Positions 31,204-44,150 of a stretch of DNA of 64,000 nucleotides are shown here, in pieces (the first letter of the stretch is position 1; each line of letters begins with the position of its first letter). The notes beneath the pieces are model-generated. The model searched no databases. It had not been told where the DNA came from and was given only the letters and a program-made list of their open reading frames with translations. Source of the stretch: the human T2T-CHM13v2.0 reference genome, Homo sapiens. Made by a program: the position numbers and the translations under genes. The stretch is taken from assembly GCF_009914755.1 (NCBI RefSeq), contig NC_060947.1; one strand, 5' to 3'.

Positions 31204-31654
31204 GGTTCAAAGTCCAAGAACACTGTTCTTTGCTCCCATCTGAAATTCTAACCATTTTTCAGGACTTTATTCAAATGCTACCTTTTTAAATAAAACCCCC
31301 AACTAAATTAGGAGGTTTGAATCTGGAGTCCATGTGCCTGGGGGATGTAAGAATAAATTTCCAAAGAGTTCTTGAACTCTTTACACTTAAATGCAAAATC
31401 ATGTGCCCATATTTTTAGGGATAGAATCTTTTCTTTTCATCAGCTTTTTAACGGGAGTCTATGAATAAAAACGTTTCAAAATATCTTCATTGGTTTTGTG
31501 AAGAAAGGCAAGTGTTTCTTCTTATCCATCACTTTACCCCTGCTTAGCACAATGCAGTTCAGTAAATGATCACTGAAAGAATATATGTGTCTTCCTCTGA
31601 GTCTCCAAGTTGAAATTTCTCTCTTGGTCATTGTGATTCTCAAATCACTTGGTT

Positions 31655-33327
31655 TAGAAACGTACAAAACGTTCTTCATAGTTGTTATACTAATTTACAT
31701 TACCACCTACAGTGTCCAAGAGTTCCCTTTTCTCCACATACTTGCTAGCATTTATTATTGCCTGTTTTATGGATATAAGCCATATCCAAGACATTTGGGG
31801 TGAAATGATATCTCATTGTAGTTTATATTTGCATTTCTCTGATGCTAATGTTGAGCACATTTTCATATGTCTGTTTGCCATTTGTATGACTTCTTTTGAG
31901 AAATATCTATTCAAATATTTTGTCCATCTTTTGATCAGATTATTAGATTTTTTTCTATAGTGCTGTTTAATCTCCTTATATATTCTCGTTATTAATTCCT
32001 TGTCAGAAGGGTAGTTGCCAATATTTTCTTCCATTCTGTGGGTTGTCTCTTCACTTTGTTGATTGTAACTTTTGTGCAGAAGCTTTTTAACTTGACGTGA
32101 TCCCATTTGTCCATATTTGCTTTGGTCCTTCCCACTCTTCCCTCCCTTTTCCAAAGGCAGAGGAGCCACCCCTGGCCACAAGGAGTACTGCCAGACTACC
32201 ACTGATTTTCCCTTAAGTCTCAAGGTCTCTTAAGTCAGCTTGTGGTGAGTGCTGTCTGTCCTGGGACTCATCCTTCAGGGCAGTGCGCTCCCCTCTGTCA
32301 CAGGGCAGGTCCAGAAATGTCATTCAAGAGTAAACAGTCTTGACTTGCTGCTCTACACCCCTGTGGTGATGTTGGTACTTGAAGCCAGCAAGTCTCAGAG
32401 GCTCACCAAAACCCTTGATGTAGCATAGCACCTGGATATTACTGCTGGTTATTCAGAGCCCATGCTAGCAGGACTGGATCCCTTTCTTCAAATAGGTTCT
32501 CTTCTGGCCCAGGGTATATCTATAAATATCATCTGGCTGATAGGGCCTGGAATGGGGGCCTCTTGACTCTGACTGGTGCCATATCCTGCTGTGGCTAAGC
32601 TGGTATTTCAGGTGCAAGAAACGATCCTCCCCACTCTTCTCTCTACTCTCCTCAAGAGGAAGAAAAGGGTCTTTTTTGGAGCTGTGAGCTGTGCAGCCTG
32701 GGATTAGGGGAGGGGTGATGCCAGCACATTTTGCCTGCCAAAGCTGGTGTCACAGTATGTCATGTGGCCTTCTAATCCATTATCTCTAGGCCTAGTTAAG
32801 CCCTTGAACTCACCTAAGAGTTGCAGTGCTTATGGGCTAGAATGCCTTTCAAGTTTAGTTAGAGACTAAGAGCACTTTGGCCCTGGGTGGCAAGGTTTGC
32901 AGGCACTCAAGTTTGAACCACTGGGATTGGAAATTCCCCTCTGGCTAAGGCTGATTTGAATGCTCCCTCTGTGGGCAGGCATCAGCTGAGTTTGGTCTGG
33001 TTTTTCTTTTCTGCTCTAACAGAGCAGCACTGAGTTCAATGCTTCACAATTGCTGTGTTCTCCCTCCCCCAGTGCCCAGAGATACTCTCTGTACCAGGAT
33101 TCCACTGCCAGAGATTGAGGAGGGGTGGCATCAGCAATTCAAGGCTGTTTTTTCTACCTTTTTGGTGCCTCTTTCAGTGATATGAAGCTAAAACCAGGTA
33201 CTGAGTGCTCACCTTATTTTTGGTTCTTATAAAGGTGTGTTTTCTGAGTAGATAGCTGTTAATCTGATGTCCTTGCTGGGGGAACTATCAGTGAAGCTTT
33301 CTATTCCACCATATTCCTCTACCTCCC
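31655..33327 (-). mobile_element. Internally deleted L1MA-like element: 5'UTR (32127-33327) joined to late ORF2 (31655-32126)
   Basis: 5' start on minus gaggtagaggaatatggtggaatagaaagc; abrupt junction ttggt|ccttccc to ORF2 sequence. Confidence 0.8.
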
Positions 33328-33459
33328 TTGAATTGGCTTCTTTATGATCATATAGATTGTAAGTTGAGTCAAATTCTTATCTGATTTTAAAAACTTTTAT
33401 CATGTTCATATTATATTATATTACATTTGGCAGTATTATGTTATAATATGGTGCTGTAG

Positions 33460-34017
33460 TGTTGTGGGAATCAGAAGACCAGAGAGACCAATGGGTGGAA
33501 CAGGAGGATTTTATTTAGGTGGCTACTGGCACAGCAGATTCACATCCAAAGGCTGAGCCCTGAACAAACACAGGGCTTGACTTTTATATACACTTCTGAA
33601 AGGGAATTGGCTAGTTTTAATGCAGTGGCAGGAAACTGAGGGCACAAAACCTGTGAGGCGGGCAGGCAGGCTTACAGAAGCAGAACAAAGGCAGTTAATC
33701 AAACTGTGACAGGTTTTGTAACCTAAGCATAGCTTGTGACCTTACAGCTGCATGGAAGGGAAAACAGGAACTTACAAAACTTGAGACACTGAGTAATGGT
33801 AAGGGGGAAGAGGAGATAGTAAAGGAATTTGTTTTTCTTATCCTTGCTCCAGGGAGGGGGAGGGTTTGTTGGGAGAGTCTCTGGAGCTCATTCCTTTGGG
33901 CTCTGGCTTTCCAGATAGTGTTATTGAGACTTTGCCAGGGCCCTGCCTATTGCTGGCCTTGGAGTGAGTCAGCCAAGTATAGGAAAACTTGTTTTTCTCT
34001 TTTTAACTTCTGCTTCA
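33460..34017 (-). mobile_element. ERV solo LTR, family not confidently assigned
   Basis: TG..CA termini; minus-strand TATA (~33585) followed by AATAAA (~33512); flanks gtag/atag. Confidence 0.75.
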
Positions 34018-35459
34018 ATAGCTGTCCCTCAAGATTGTTGGATTGAACTGACTTGAACGGAACTGAATTGAATTTTCAGCATGGGCTGAATCATGGAATC
34101 AGCATGGGCTACCAGGCAGTCAGAAACCTTTGCTCAGGTCCAACCATCTCATGTTACAGGTGGGAAAATGGAAACATACAGTGGAGAGTGACTTGCCCAA
34201 ATTCAGACAGCCAATAAATGGTTAAGCTGAGTTTCTTGCCTCCTGGATAAGTGTTCTTTCTTCCATTATGTTCTGTTCCCCTTTTATTTCCTTGGTTCAT
34301 GCTGTACTGGAGTGAGATCAATGGGTCAACAAATACAGCTAAATCTCTATAAAAAATTATGCATGTCTTTACAGCATAATTTAGCTCATAACATTTTAAG
34401 ATATATTTTGACAGCTGGTAATGATTATGGTTATTGATTAGACAATGCATTTTTATGCATCTAATTTTCTACATTTTTAATTTCAAATATTCTTTTAAAA
34501 ACAGAAGTAGAAATGTGCCAGATCTTATGATAAGTGTAGGCTACTTAATTTGAAGCAATTGCAGTCCCTCATTAGTAATAAATTAAGTATTGAAGAGAGC
34601 AGATCACTTTAATGTGTCAAAAAGAGCCTTGTCACTTGACATAATTTGAGAAGTCAACATGTGCATTTTATAATGATCGTCCATATCCAGTATTTCTGAT
34701 CTAGCTTACTCTCAGTTTCTATTACTCATGGGACTTACCCAAGACACTTGTTGAGTTACAAACAGAGCCAAATATAAAGAACAAAATAGTATCATAACTT
34801 GAATCTAAGAATAGTTGGAATGATATTTAGAACTGATCCACATCATGGAACGAAGTGTACCACCAGAAGAAGCTGCATTTGGTTGTGACTGTTTCTGTTA
34901 CTCCAACATGTCTCTTCAAACCAGACAATTAAAAAATCAATTGTTTTTGTACTGATTTTTACCAAAGCAGTTTCAGTGAAAAACAAATTTTTAAAAATCC
35001 TCAACCCTCAAAATACTAATTAAAAGTATCAGTTTAGTTGATTTTTCTTTTGAACATTTTTGACCTAAATGCTTATAAACAGTATCATTTTGTATCTTTT
35101 AGTAACTATGGGCAACTGTTGAGTGAGTTCAGTCAATGATTAAATTAGTCATAAAAAATGAGTTTTGATAACGAGAAACAAAAAAGATGGTGAATGGTGA
35201 ATTTAAGATTAAACCAATATTGACTTGATATAAATACAACAAATCAAGTCTCTCACATCATAAAAGTGTTTGGCTTTCTGTGAGAAATTTACCAAATGCT
35301 TTTTTATGATATTTTTACCAAATTTAGAAAAACAGGGAGCGCCAAGCAATTATTTAGCAGAAAGGCTAATAGACATAAATATCATAACAGCATCTTGTAA
35401 ATGATGAAACTATATCATCAAAAGGAAAAGACAGAAATGCAATATGAGTACAAATATTT

Positions 35460-36400
35460 ATAGGCACAATCTGCCCATTTGACAAGTACTGACTGAGTAC
35501 CTACTACTCTGAGCAAACCACCAGGACCAGTGGTACACAGGTTGGAAACCTGACTATGGCAGGAGGCACACAGTCCTGCCCTCCAGGAGCTTTCAGTCTG
35601 TAGTGGGGAGAGCAGTACAGCACTAGCTGGAATAAAAGGTGTTAAGAGAAAGGAGGGAAAACACAGAATGAGGTCAGGGAAGGGAGAGAACACAATTTCA
35701 GCAGAGGAGGTATTTGAAATTGCATAGTGAGTATCTAGAGCTGACACTCCAGTTGAAAAGACTGCCAGTCTCCTGGGCACACTACTCATTCTAATGTAGT
35801 GTGATCAGGTTGTGCCAGTGGTGTAAATGGAATAGAAGAAGATCTGGGAAGATGCTTAAAGACAGTCATATGTGAGCTGGACTTAAAAACTAATAAAATA
35901 TAGTGCTAGAGAAGTAAGTAGGTGCCTAATCATTTAAGGTCTTAAACACCATTTTAAGATATTTGAATTTTGTCCTGTGAGCAATGGAGAACCATCAAAG
36001 GGTAGTTAGCAGAGGAGAGACTGGTCGTATTTGCATTTGAGAAAGAGCACCCTGGCTGGAATGTAGAAAATAGATTGGAGGGAAGGGGAACAGGCAAGAA
36101 GGCAGGAAAATTTATTGAACTAGTTTTTAAGTAGAAGATTATTATGAGAGCCTAAGAAGGTCGTGGTGAGACTGGAGAAAGTGGAATCTATTTGCCAGTA
36201 GAAGTGAAATGGAAATGATAAATCTTAGAGATATACTAGGTAGAACTGATTGGACAGGGTAAGTGACTGGATTTGAAGGTATAGGGAAAAAGGAGATAAA
36301 ATTACCCACTCTGGTTTTAACTTGGCTGGCCACATAATGAGTAATAGCATTGTATTAACGTGTATAACACAGAAGGACTGCATTTCAGTGTGAGTGGTGG
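35460..36400 (-). mobile_element. L2 fragments
   Basis: cctgccctccaggagctttcagtctgtagtgggg; atttgaattttgtcctgtgagcaatggagaacca. Confidence 0.7.
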
Positions 36401-36599
36401 CAAGGGGAGGAAACCGGGAAGAAGAAAGTGAGAAACTGATCTAACTCTATGAGAGCAAGAAATACCTTATTTTTTCTTATTGCAGCTTCAGCGCCTAGCT
36501 CAACAAATACTAAAATGGTTTAACGAGAAAAATGAATTGTTTTCAAAGTGCCGTCGAAGGTATTTGAATCTATGAACAGAGCTGTAGACTGAAAAGAAA

Positions 36600-38640
36600 G
36601 TCCATTTCATGCATTGACCTAGTACTTAGTGAGCATCTCCTATATGCCAGGGAGAATTCTAGGTATTGAGGATATATCAGTAAGCAAAACAGTGGCAATC
36701 CTATCTCCATAAACTTATATTCTAGTTAGGCGGGAAAGACAATAAACAAATAAACATGTAATATTTCAGTTGATGATAAATGCTACGAAGAATATAAAGC
36801 AGCATAATAGGGTTAGAAAGTGACAGGATGCTTTTAATATAAAGTCATCAGCGAAGGTCTCTCTGAGAAGGTGATATTTGAATAAAGACCTGAAAGAAAG
36901 GGAGTGGGACATGTGACTATTTGTGGGAACAATATTCCAGGTAGAGAAAATAGCAAAAATAACAATATCGTAAGGTAGTAGCATGCCTAATACCTTCAAG
37001 TTCAACGAATAACAAGGAGGTGAGTGTGACTTGAAGAAAGAGAGCAAGAGAAGGAGGTATAGAAGATGAGGTCAGAGAAACAAAGGACTGGATTAGGTAA
37101 ATCTTTAAAAGCTGGTATAAAGACTTTGTTTTCTTTCTCTGAATGAGGGCGGTTCCCTTGGATGGTTTGGAACAGAGGAGTGACATAGTCTGACTTACTT
37201 TTTAACAGAATCACTTTGCTATATAGAGAGTAGTTTGTAGAAAGGCAAGAGTAGAAGCCAGTTAGCAGACTAGTTACACTAGTTAGAAGCCAGTTAGAAG
37301 ACTCTGGAAGTCATCCAAGCAAGAGGTCATGATTGCACCAAGGTGGAAGCAATGGAGATGGTACGGTGAGAAGTGGCCAGATTAGATTCTGCTGTAGTTT
37401 TCTTGTTATTTTGATTTGATTTTTATTTCTTAAAGGTAGAAACTGACAGGAATTACTGAAGTATTGGTATGTGGTGTGGAATAAAAAGGGAGGCAAAGCT
37501 GACTCCCAAGCATTTGGCTTGAACAACTGAACAAAAATAAAGGAGCAGCCATTTGCTAAAATGGAGAAGAATGTAGATGGAGCGAGTTTTTGAGTAAAGT
37601 ATTAGCAGTTTGGTATGGACATACTACATTTGAAATGCCTATTAGTGCATATGTGTAGTTGGCAGTTAAATATATGAATTTGTATTTCTGGTAAGAAGTC
37701 CAGAGAGGAGATAAAAATCTGGAAGTCTTCAGCATATAGATGATATTTATAGCCATGTGACTGGATAAGATCACCCAGGAAATGAGTATAAATAGAGAAG
37801 AAAATAGATCCAGGACTAATCTTAGGAATTTCAATGTTTAGTGGTCTGGAAGATGGGGAAGGTGTAAGCAAAAGATACAGAACGAGAGAGACCAGTAAGG
37901 TAAGAAAAGAAAAAAGAATGAGTGGTGTCCTAGAACCACGTGAATCAGTATTTTACAAAGAAGAGAGTGATCAACTTTTCAAATGCTCCAGACAGGTCGG
38001 ATGAGAGGAGGACCGAAGATCAAGCTTTATATTGGCAACTAGGTAGTAACTTGTGACCTTGACAACAGCTGTTCAGTGGTGTGGCGTGCTTCAGATGAAA
38101 ACATGATCATGGTGGGTTCTAGAGAAAATGGAAAGAAAGAAAATGGAGATGGTAAGTGGAGACAAGTATTTCTGAGTATTGATATCCAGGAGAGTACTGA
38201 TGTACCTAGAAATGTATCTACCTGGTCAGAAAGGGAGTGGGGTGCAGATCGCATAGAGTCTTGCAGGCCTTTGTGTTTTACTCTTAGAGATATAAGGAAT
38301 CATAATTCTGGAACAGAATGCTGAGAAACTCCCATATTTAGAGGCCTGGAAAAGATGACAGAGAGTGAGTAAGATGCTTTTAATGAGGTAGAAAGAAAAA
38401 TAAGAAAACATGCAAGCAGAAGCCAGGACAGGAGAGAAGCGAATGGTCAGCGATGTCAAATGGTGCTTTGAATTCAAGCAGGATGAAGATAGGCTTGGCA
38501 AAATGTATGCTGTGATTTTCCTTATGAGAGCTGTTTCAGATGTTTCAATGTGATGGAAGGGAAAGATGTGATATTGTAGTGGGGTGAGGAGAGTTGAGAA
38601 GATCCAAGAGTAATAGTAACCAGACACATTGATCTAGGAC
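36600..38640 (-). mobile_element. Long L2 (L2a-like)
   Basis: ttagtgagcatctcctatatgccagg 3' end, continuing through tttgaaatgcctattag..ctggataagatcaccc. Confidence 0.82.
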
Positions 38641-38660
38641 ATATACTAAAGAGGAAACTC

Positions 38661-38698
38661 GTGTGTGTGTGTGTGTGTGTGTCTGTGTGTGTGTGTGT
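38661..38698. repeat. (GT)n microsatellite
   Basis: Direct inspection. Confidence 0.95.
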
Positions 38699-39537
38699 AC
38701 TGAACATAAAATGATAATAGTTCCTTTAAAAAATCACTAGCAGGGAGTGACATTTTAAACATTTAAATATTGGGCTTAAGGGAACTGAGAATGCTGATAA
38801 AAGAAGATTTGAATAAATTACCAATATAATTCTAACTTGTATAAAGGTACAAAATTGTATAAAGGATTAAAACGTAGAATAGTGACTGAGTTTGAAAAGT
38901 AAGTGCAATTCAGACCTTAATGTCTTCGGAGCTAAAATTAGTGCTTAATTACAATAATTATATCTTTCCCTTTTCCTGGTACAATTATCTTCCCCATCTC
39001 TCTTTGGTTTTTGAGGCCTTCTTGATATTTAAGCCACTCTATCAATGTATTTTTACTGTGAGCTTCCTCACAGTCAGTCTGTGGGAAATAGGCAACTACA
39101 AATAATATTTAAATGCACCTTAAGAGCTAGTATTGATGCAGAAATATTGTAGAGGAAATTACCCTAACTTGTGTCTCTACCTTATAAGAATGATTCTTGG
39201 GGTGTTTTATAGAGGAGCGTTTGATAAGGGTGAAGCTGGCCAGGAGGTAAAAAACTGAGAATTTTAACAGTGTCCTTCAACTGAGACAGACTGATGCCCT
39301 ACGAGCTAGCCTGTCAAGGGTAAGAAAATCTCTGTGGGCAGTGATCAAAGCAGCCATATACCAGGCTGCTGAATAAATATGAACTATTCTTCTCTTGGGT
39401 TTTCTCTCTACATTTTCCCCTAAATTTCTTACAGACTCCTTCCCTTCTATCAACATGTTTCTCTTTGACTGAGGTTTGACTACAATACATGAGCAATTAC
39501 AATGACCCAGGTATTTGATAAAGCTAAAACAATAGCT

Positions 39538-40355
39538 TGTCAACAACAGGAGTCAAACTCTGTAAAATATTTGAAGAGATTTATCCTAGGCCAAATATGA
39601 GTGACCATGGCCTGTGACACAGCCCACAGGAGGTCCCAAGAATATCTGCTCAAAGGAATTGGGGTGCAGCTTGGTTTTACACATTTTAGGGAGGCATGAA
39701 ACATCATTCCCTAAAGTGATTCTGAGACATCAATCAAATACATTTGAAAAATACATGGGTTTGGTCCAGAAAGGTGGGACAATTCGAGCGGAGTGGTGGG
39801 GAGGGGGTTCCAGGCAATAGGTAAATTTAAACATTTTCTGGTTTATAAATGGTTGAGTTTGCCTGGAATTAATGGAAAGGAAATGTTCAGGTTAAGATAA
39901 AAGATTGTGGAGACCAAGGTTCTTTTGAAGTCTCATAGTGGTTGCCCTTAGAGACAATAGATGACAAATGTTTTTTCTATTCAGACCTTTAAAAGGTGCT
40001 AAACTCTCAATTAATGTCTTCAGGATTGGGAGAGCCTGGAAGAAAAAGATCTAGCTATATCAATAGAGAATTTCTACAGTTGCAAATTTTCCCCCACAAT
40101 GGATGGTCTTGCAGGCCCATTTCAAAACACGGCAAAGAAACATGTTTTGGGTAAAATATTTTGATTTTCTTCTTTGTCAAATAATGTTATGCCAGAGTCA
40201 GATTGGAAAGTAAGTCATGATATATAGGGTTAAATAAAACCCATCTGATGATAGTTAATCATTGGTAGGGTATGACTCCCCAGACCCCTTAGACAGGAAT
40301 TTGGGCAAGATAAAAAAGATAGAAATAAAAAAAAAGAATCAGAGCTTAGTCCTCA
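39538..40355 (-). mobile_element. MER4-family solo LTR (MER4E-like)
   Basis: gagtcaaactctgtaaaatatttgaagagatttat ... aatcagagcttagtcctca. Confidence 0.85.
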
Positions 40356-40791
40356 GCTTATGTTGAGTGGAATGCTCACTCAAAGTACTTTAATACTATT
40401 TAATATTCAGAGAAAACCTCTTTGGCAGTGTGAAAGGAAAATAAATCTGGGACCCCAAACTCACTAAGCCAAAGGGAAAATTCAAGCTGGAATCTGGGTC
40501 ATGCAAACCTGCCTCCCATTTTTGTTCCTAAATAAGATGGCTACAAAGATGAAAGGCGACATACCTCCCTTATATTTTTTCCCACAGGGAAATTTGTTGT
40601 GGGCCCCAACATCTTTACCCTAAAGTGTGTTTCTGTTAAAGTTTACCATGGCAATGTAAACTTTAACAGAATGATAGCTTATCTTCACAGCTGTTGAGAA
40701 ACAGGACAGAACTCAAAGTTATGACTCTGCCTACCTGAGACAAATACATATCTGATTGTTTCCTTTGCCGTATTGTCTACATTATCTTATG

Positions 40792-41346
40792 TGTTAGAAA
40801 TGCTTGTTCCCCAGTGCCACAAAGAAATAGCACTTGAATATAAATTTAATTATCTCAGCAAGGCCATCTTTACTTTCTGCAGAAAGGGTGCTACACACAG
40901 ATGGAACAATGGCGAGAGCACACTTGAACAAAGGAAAAGCAGACATATTTATCCTTTATGCATTTGGGTCGTCCTTACTGCTGTGTCCTGCATCCATTGG
41001 CTAGAGCTGGACCTCACAGTCTTAAACTAATAACCAATTTGCTAATAACCTAAAACTTTCCTAAATAGGTAAGTGCAAGGAAGAACAAAGAAGGAGAGGA
41101 AGTTGCTTATGAAAGGTTCAAGGAAGCAATAACATTTCCAAATAAGAAAGGGGCATAAGCTATGAGCTAAGACTTGCCTGGGCCTGTCCAGACATACCGG
41201 AGTAAGCCAAAGCCACTAACTGGGCTAAAGTGTAAGAACTAATAGTTGATAGGAGGCTTTAGAGTAAGAAGCTATTATTTCTAGTGTCTGTTATTTTATT
41301 TTTAAACCAAGATGAGCTTTGAAGAGGAACTTTTCTACTTTCTACA
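40792..41346 (-). mobile_element. LTR10-family solo LTR nested in MER4
   Basis: tgttagaaatgcttgttccccagtgcc ... ctactttctaca; perfect 5-bp TSD ttatg. Confidence 0.87.
41170..41199. promoter_or_regulatory. Candidate p53 response element
   Basis: Adjacent decamers AGACTTGCCT (perfect RRRCWWGYYY), GGGCCTGTCC (1 mismatch), AGACATACCG (core broken). Confidence 0.55.
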
Positions 41347-41770
41347 TTATGTACAATTATGGATACTCTGAGCCAGACAATGGCATGTAAGATTATTTTC
41401 CTATACCACCCTCTCAAATTAAAATTGTGTATTTCTCAGTATCTCAGCCTTTCCCCTTTAAATACTGAAACCCTCAAAAGCATCGTTGGAGAAAGGCATA
41501 GAACTGTCTCCCAGGTGCATGTCCTTAACCTTGGCAAATAAACCTCCTAAAATGATTGAGACTTGCCTTGGTCATTTTCTTTGATGGCAGGTACTATTTT
41601 TTTCCATTTTAAATGTGAAAAAAACAAAGTAAAAGTAAGCTGCAATAACTTGCCTAACATCACATAAGTAAGCAGAGGTGAAGCCAGATTTCACACCCAG
41701 TAGGTGTGGCACCAGAATCTTTGGGCTTAACCACTATGTGCTACTGCCCTCCTAAGTCTGAATAACTTAC

Positions 41771-42300
41771 CGTGTCTGGAGTTTCTTCCTTCTGGTGGGT
41801 TCTTGGTCTCGCTGACTTTAAGAATGAAGCCACGGACCTCATAGTGAGTGTTACAGCTCTTAAAAGTGGCACATCCAGAGTTATTCGTTCCTCCCAGTGG
41901 GTTCGTTGTCTTGCTGACTTCAGGAAGGAAGCCACAGACCCCGGTGGTGAGTGTTACAGCTCTTAAAGGTGGCGCAGACCCAAAGAGTGAGCAGCAGCAA
42001 GATTTATGATGAAGAGCGAAAGAACAAAGCTCCCATAACGTGAAAGGGGACCCAATCGGGTTGCTGCTGCTGGCGTGGGTGGCCAGCTTTTATTCCCTTA
42101 TTTGGCCCCGCCCATGTCCTGCTGACTGGTCCATTTTACAGAGTGCTGATTGGTCCATTTTTACAGAATGTTGATTGGTGCATTTACAATCCTCTAGCTA
42201 GGCACAGAGCGCTGATTGGTGCATTTACAATCCTCTAGCTAGACAGAAAAGTTCTCCAAGTCCCCACTCAACCCAGGAGCCCAGCTGGCTTTACCTCTCG
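41771..42300 (-). mobile_element. LTR12-family (LTR12F-like, ERV9) solo LTR inserted in a MIR
   Basis: U5 repeats gtgagtgttacagctcttaaa, repeated gattggt CCAAT boxes; 4-bp TSD ttac. Confidence 0.9.
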
Positions 42301-42482
42301 TTACGTCACTCAGCATTTTGATTTCCATTTTATAGAAGAGGATATTGAGGCTCACAGGAAAAAATCAATAAGCTCTTAAAGATAATTCAAGTGTGAAGCA
42401 GAATTTTCATGCCAAGCCTATTTATTACTCTTTTTACACTTATGAAAGACAATTTATTTATGGCTTGCTTTTTCCTTAATTT

Positions 42483-42742
42483 GGTATTTGCCAAAATATG
42501 TTTCTTGGTCTGTTTCGATGAGCATTATTTTTTAAAAGGTTTATTAGCAAATACATTTGGCTAAAGCTGGGTTGAACAAAGCTAAAGAGGTGTCTTTTCT
42601 ATGGGTCTTTTTATTACCTTTGATATGCTAATATGCCTTTTGAAGTTTTGAGTGGGAGGTATGTTTTAGCAACTTGGCCATGGGACTTGTTTTTCTCAGA
42701 CTGCCTTACCAGCAAGAGCACCAAACATACTTTGGCTAACTG
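42483..42742. mobile_element. Old hAT DNA transposon relic (MER112-like)
   Basis: Degenerate TIRs tatttgccaaaatatg / catactttggctaact. Confidence 0.4.
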
Positions 42743-43681
42743 TATATCTACATTCCTAAGCTCACACATACTCTGGTGACATTAATTAGATTGAAAGGCA
42801 CTCTGATTTGTGTATTCAATAAAGAAATACTCTGATCTTCATGGTAGAGATGTAGGGTGTAGGCTTTCCTCAGTAATACCAGATTTTCATGCCATTCATC
42901 ATGGTAGTTTATTTTGAAGATGTCTCATATTGCCCAAGAAGAATTCGTTCAGTTTTAGAGAGATATTTTCAGATTTTGTTCCAAAGACGTAGGGGTAAGT
43001 CTTTGTAGACATTCCCTGTCCTATGCACTGAAAGTCATCTTCAAGGATGCCGCCAATAATGTATGTTATAATTTTGTGGCTTCTGTTTTTTGTAAAGTGT
43101 GTTGAAATACAGTCTTTTCAAGTGTCTCTGCAATTGGATGAGTTACATAAGTAAGAGCCAATATAAGAAGTAAGAGTATTTAAAGTATAAGAGGATAAGA
43201 ATGTGATAAATATGTTTCTTCATTGCCATCATATTTTGGCTCTAATGAGGTCACCCCTAAGAGCATATCTGCTTCAAAGATGACATGAAAATGATTATAG
43301 TGATGGGAAGGTCTCAAACCGGAAATCATCCCCATGTCCCCATTGTGACATGAAATGGATAAACATATTTTGGGATAGCATTAAACTTTGAGAACCAGCA
43401 GGGAGAGGCAAACCCTCAAAATTATAAATAAATCTAAGAATGTATTATGCTCCAGGAAAGAATGAGCTGAAATGCAAATGCTTTCCCCCCCGCCCCCCGC
43501 CTCAGGGAAGTCATTAGGAATAAAAGGTCATTGTGACTTGGTGCCAAATTTCATGGCTGTTAGGAAAAAAAAAAAAAAAAAGCAGAACTTCTCTTTTCCT
43601 AAAAAGACCAATTGAGATGGGGCTGGGAAAGGTCCACATAAAGTGAATATGCCTTAGGCCTAAAAAACAGAAAAAGGGTGA

Positions 43682-43683
<2 letters not shown>

Positions 43684-43720
<37 letters not shown>
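43684..43720. repeat. (CA)n microsatellite
   Basis: Direct inspection. Confidence 0.95.
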
Positions 43721-43722
<2 letters not shown>

Positions 43723-44150
43723 TTTTGTATTTGGGTTCTACAACCTGTCACAGAATCAGGAAATCATAGAATATTAGAGTTGGAAGAGACCATTCTGAAA
43801 CTGCCATTGAAAATTACAACAGAGAAAATTATTACAGTGAAAGAGATATGACCTAACTGACTCTATCTTGCTTCTAACCTCCAAGCTGTCATTGTTCATT
43901 CCTGGGTGTAGGCCAAACTAACTTTGGAAGGAACTTAGTTTATAGTTTAACTTTGAAACAAAGACAATAATATCCCTTTTCCAAAACAAGCCCCCTACTT
44001 GCCTAGGGACTAGGATGCCTTTGTAAGACTAACAAATTAGCCACAAGATTAGAAACCATGGTTTAGGTGTCACGCAGCTGGAAGCTACAATATTCTGACC
44101 CTCACCAAATTGTTCCTGGGGATAACCTCACTATTGGTAAACCCTAAGAT

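Larger units (their letters stand above)
40429..41589 (+). mobile_element. MER4-family solo LTR (MER4B-like), split by LTR10
   Basis: tgtgaaaggaaaataaatctgggaccccaaactcactaagcc ... ggcaaataaacctcctaaaatgattgagac. Confidence 0.85.

Noticed and set aside
37253-37303. Small local duplications (also ~16783-16812, ~19585-19603, ~34076-34110, ~63438-63476)
   Set aside because: Ordinary slippage events with no sign of function.
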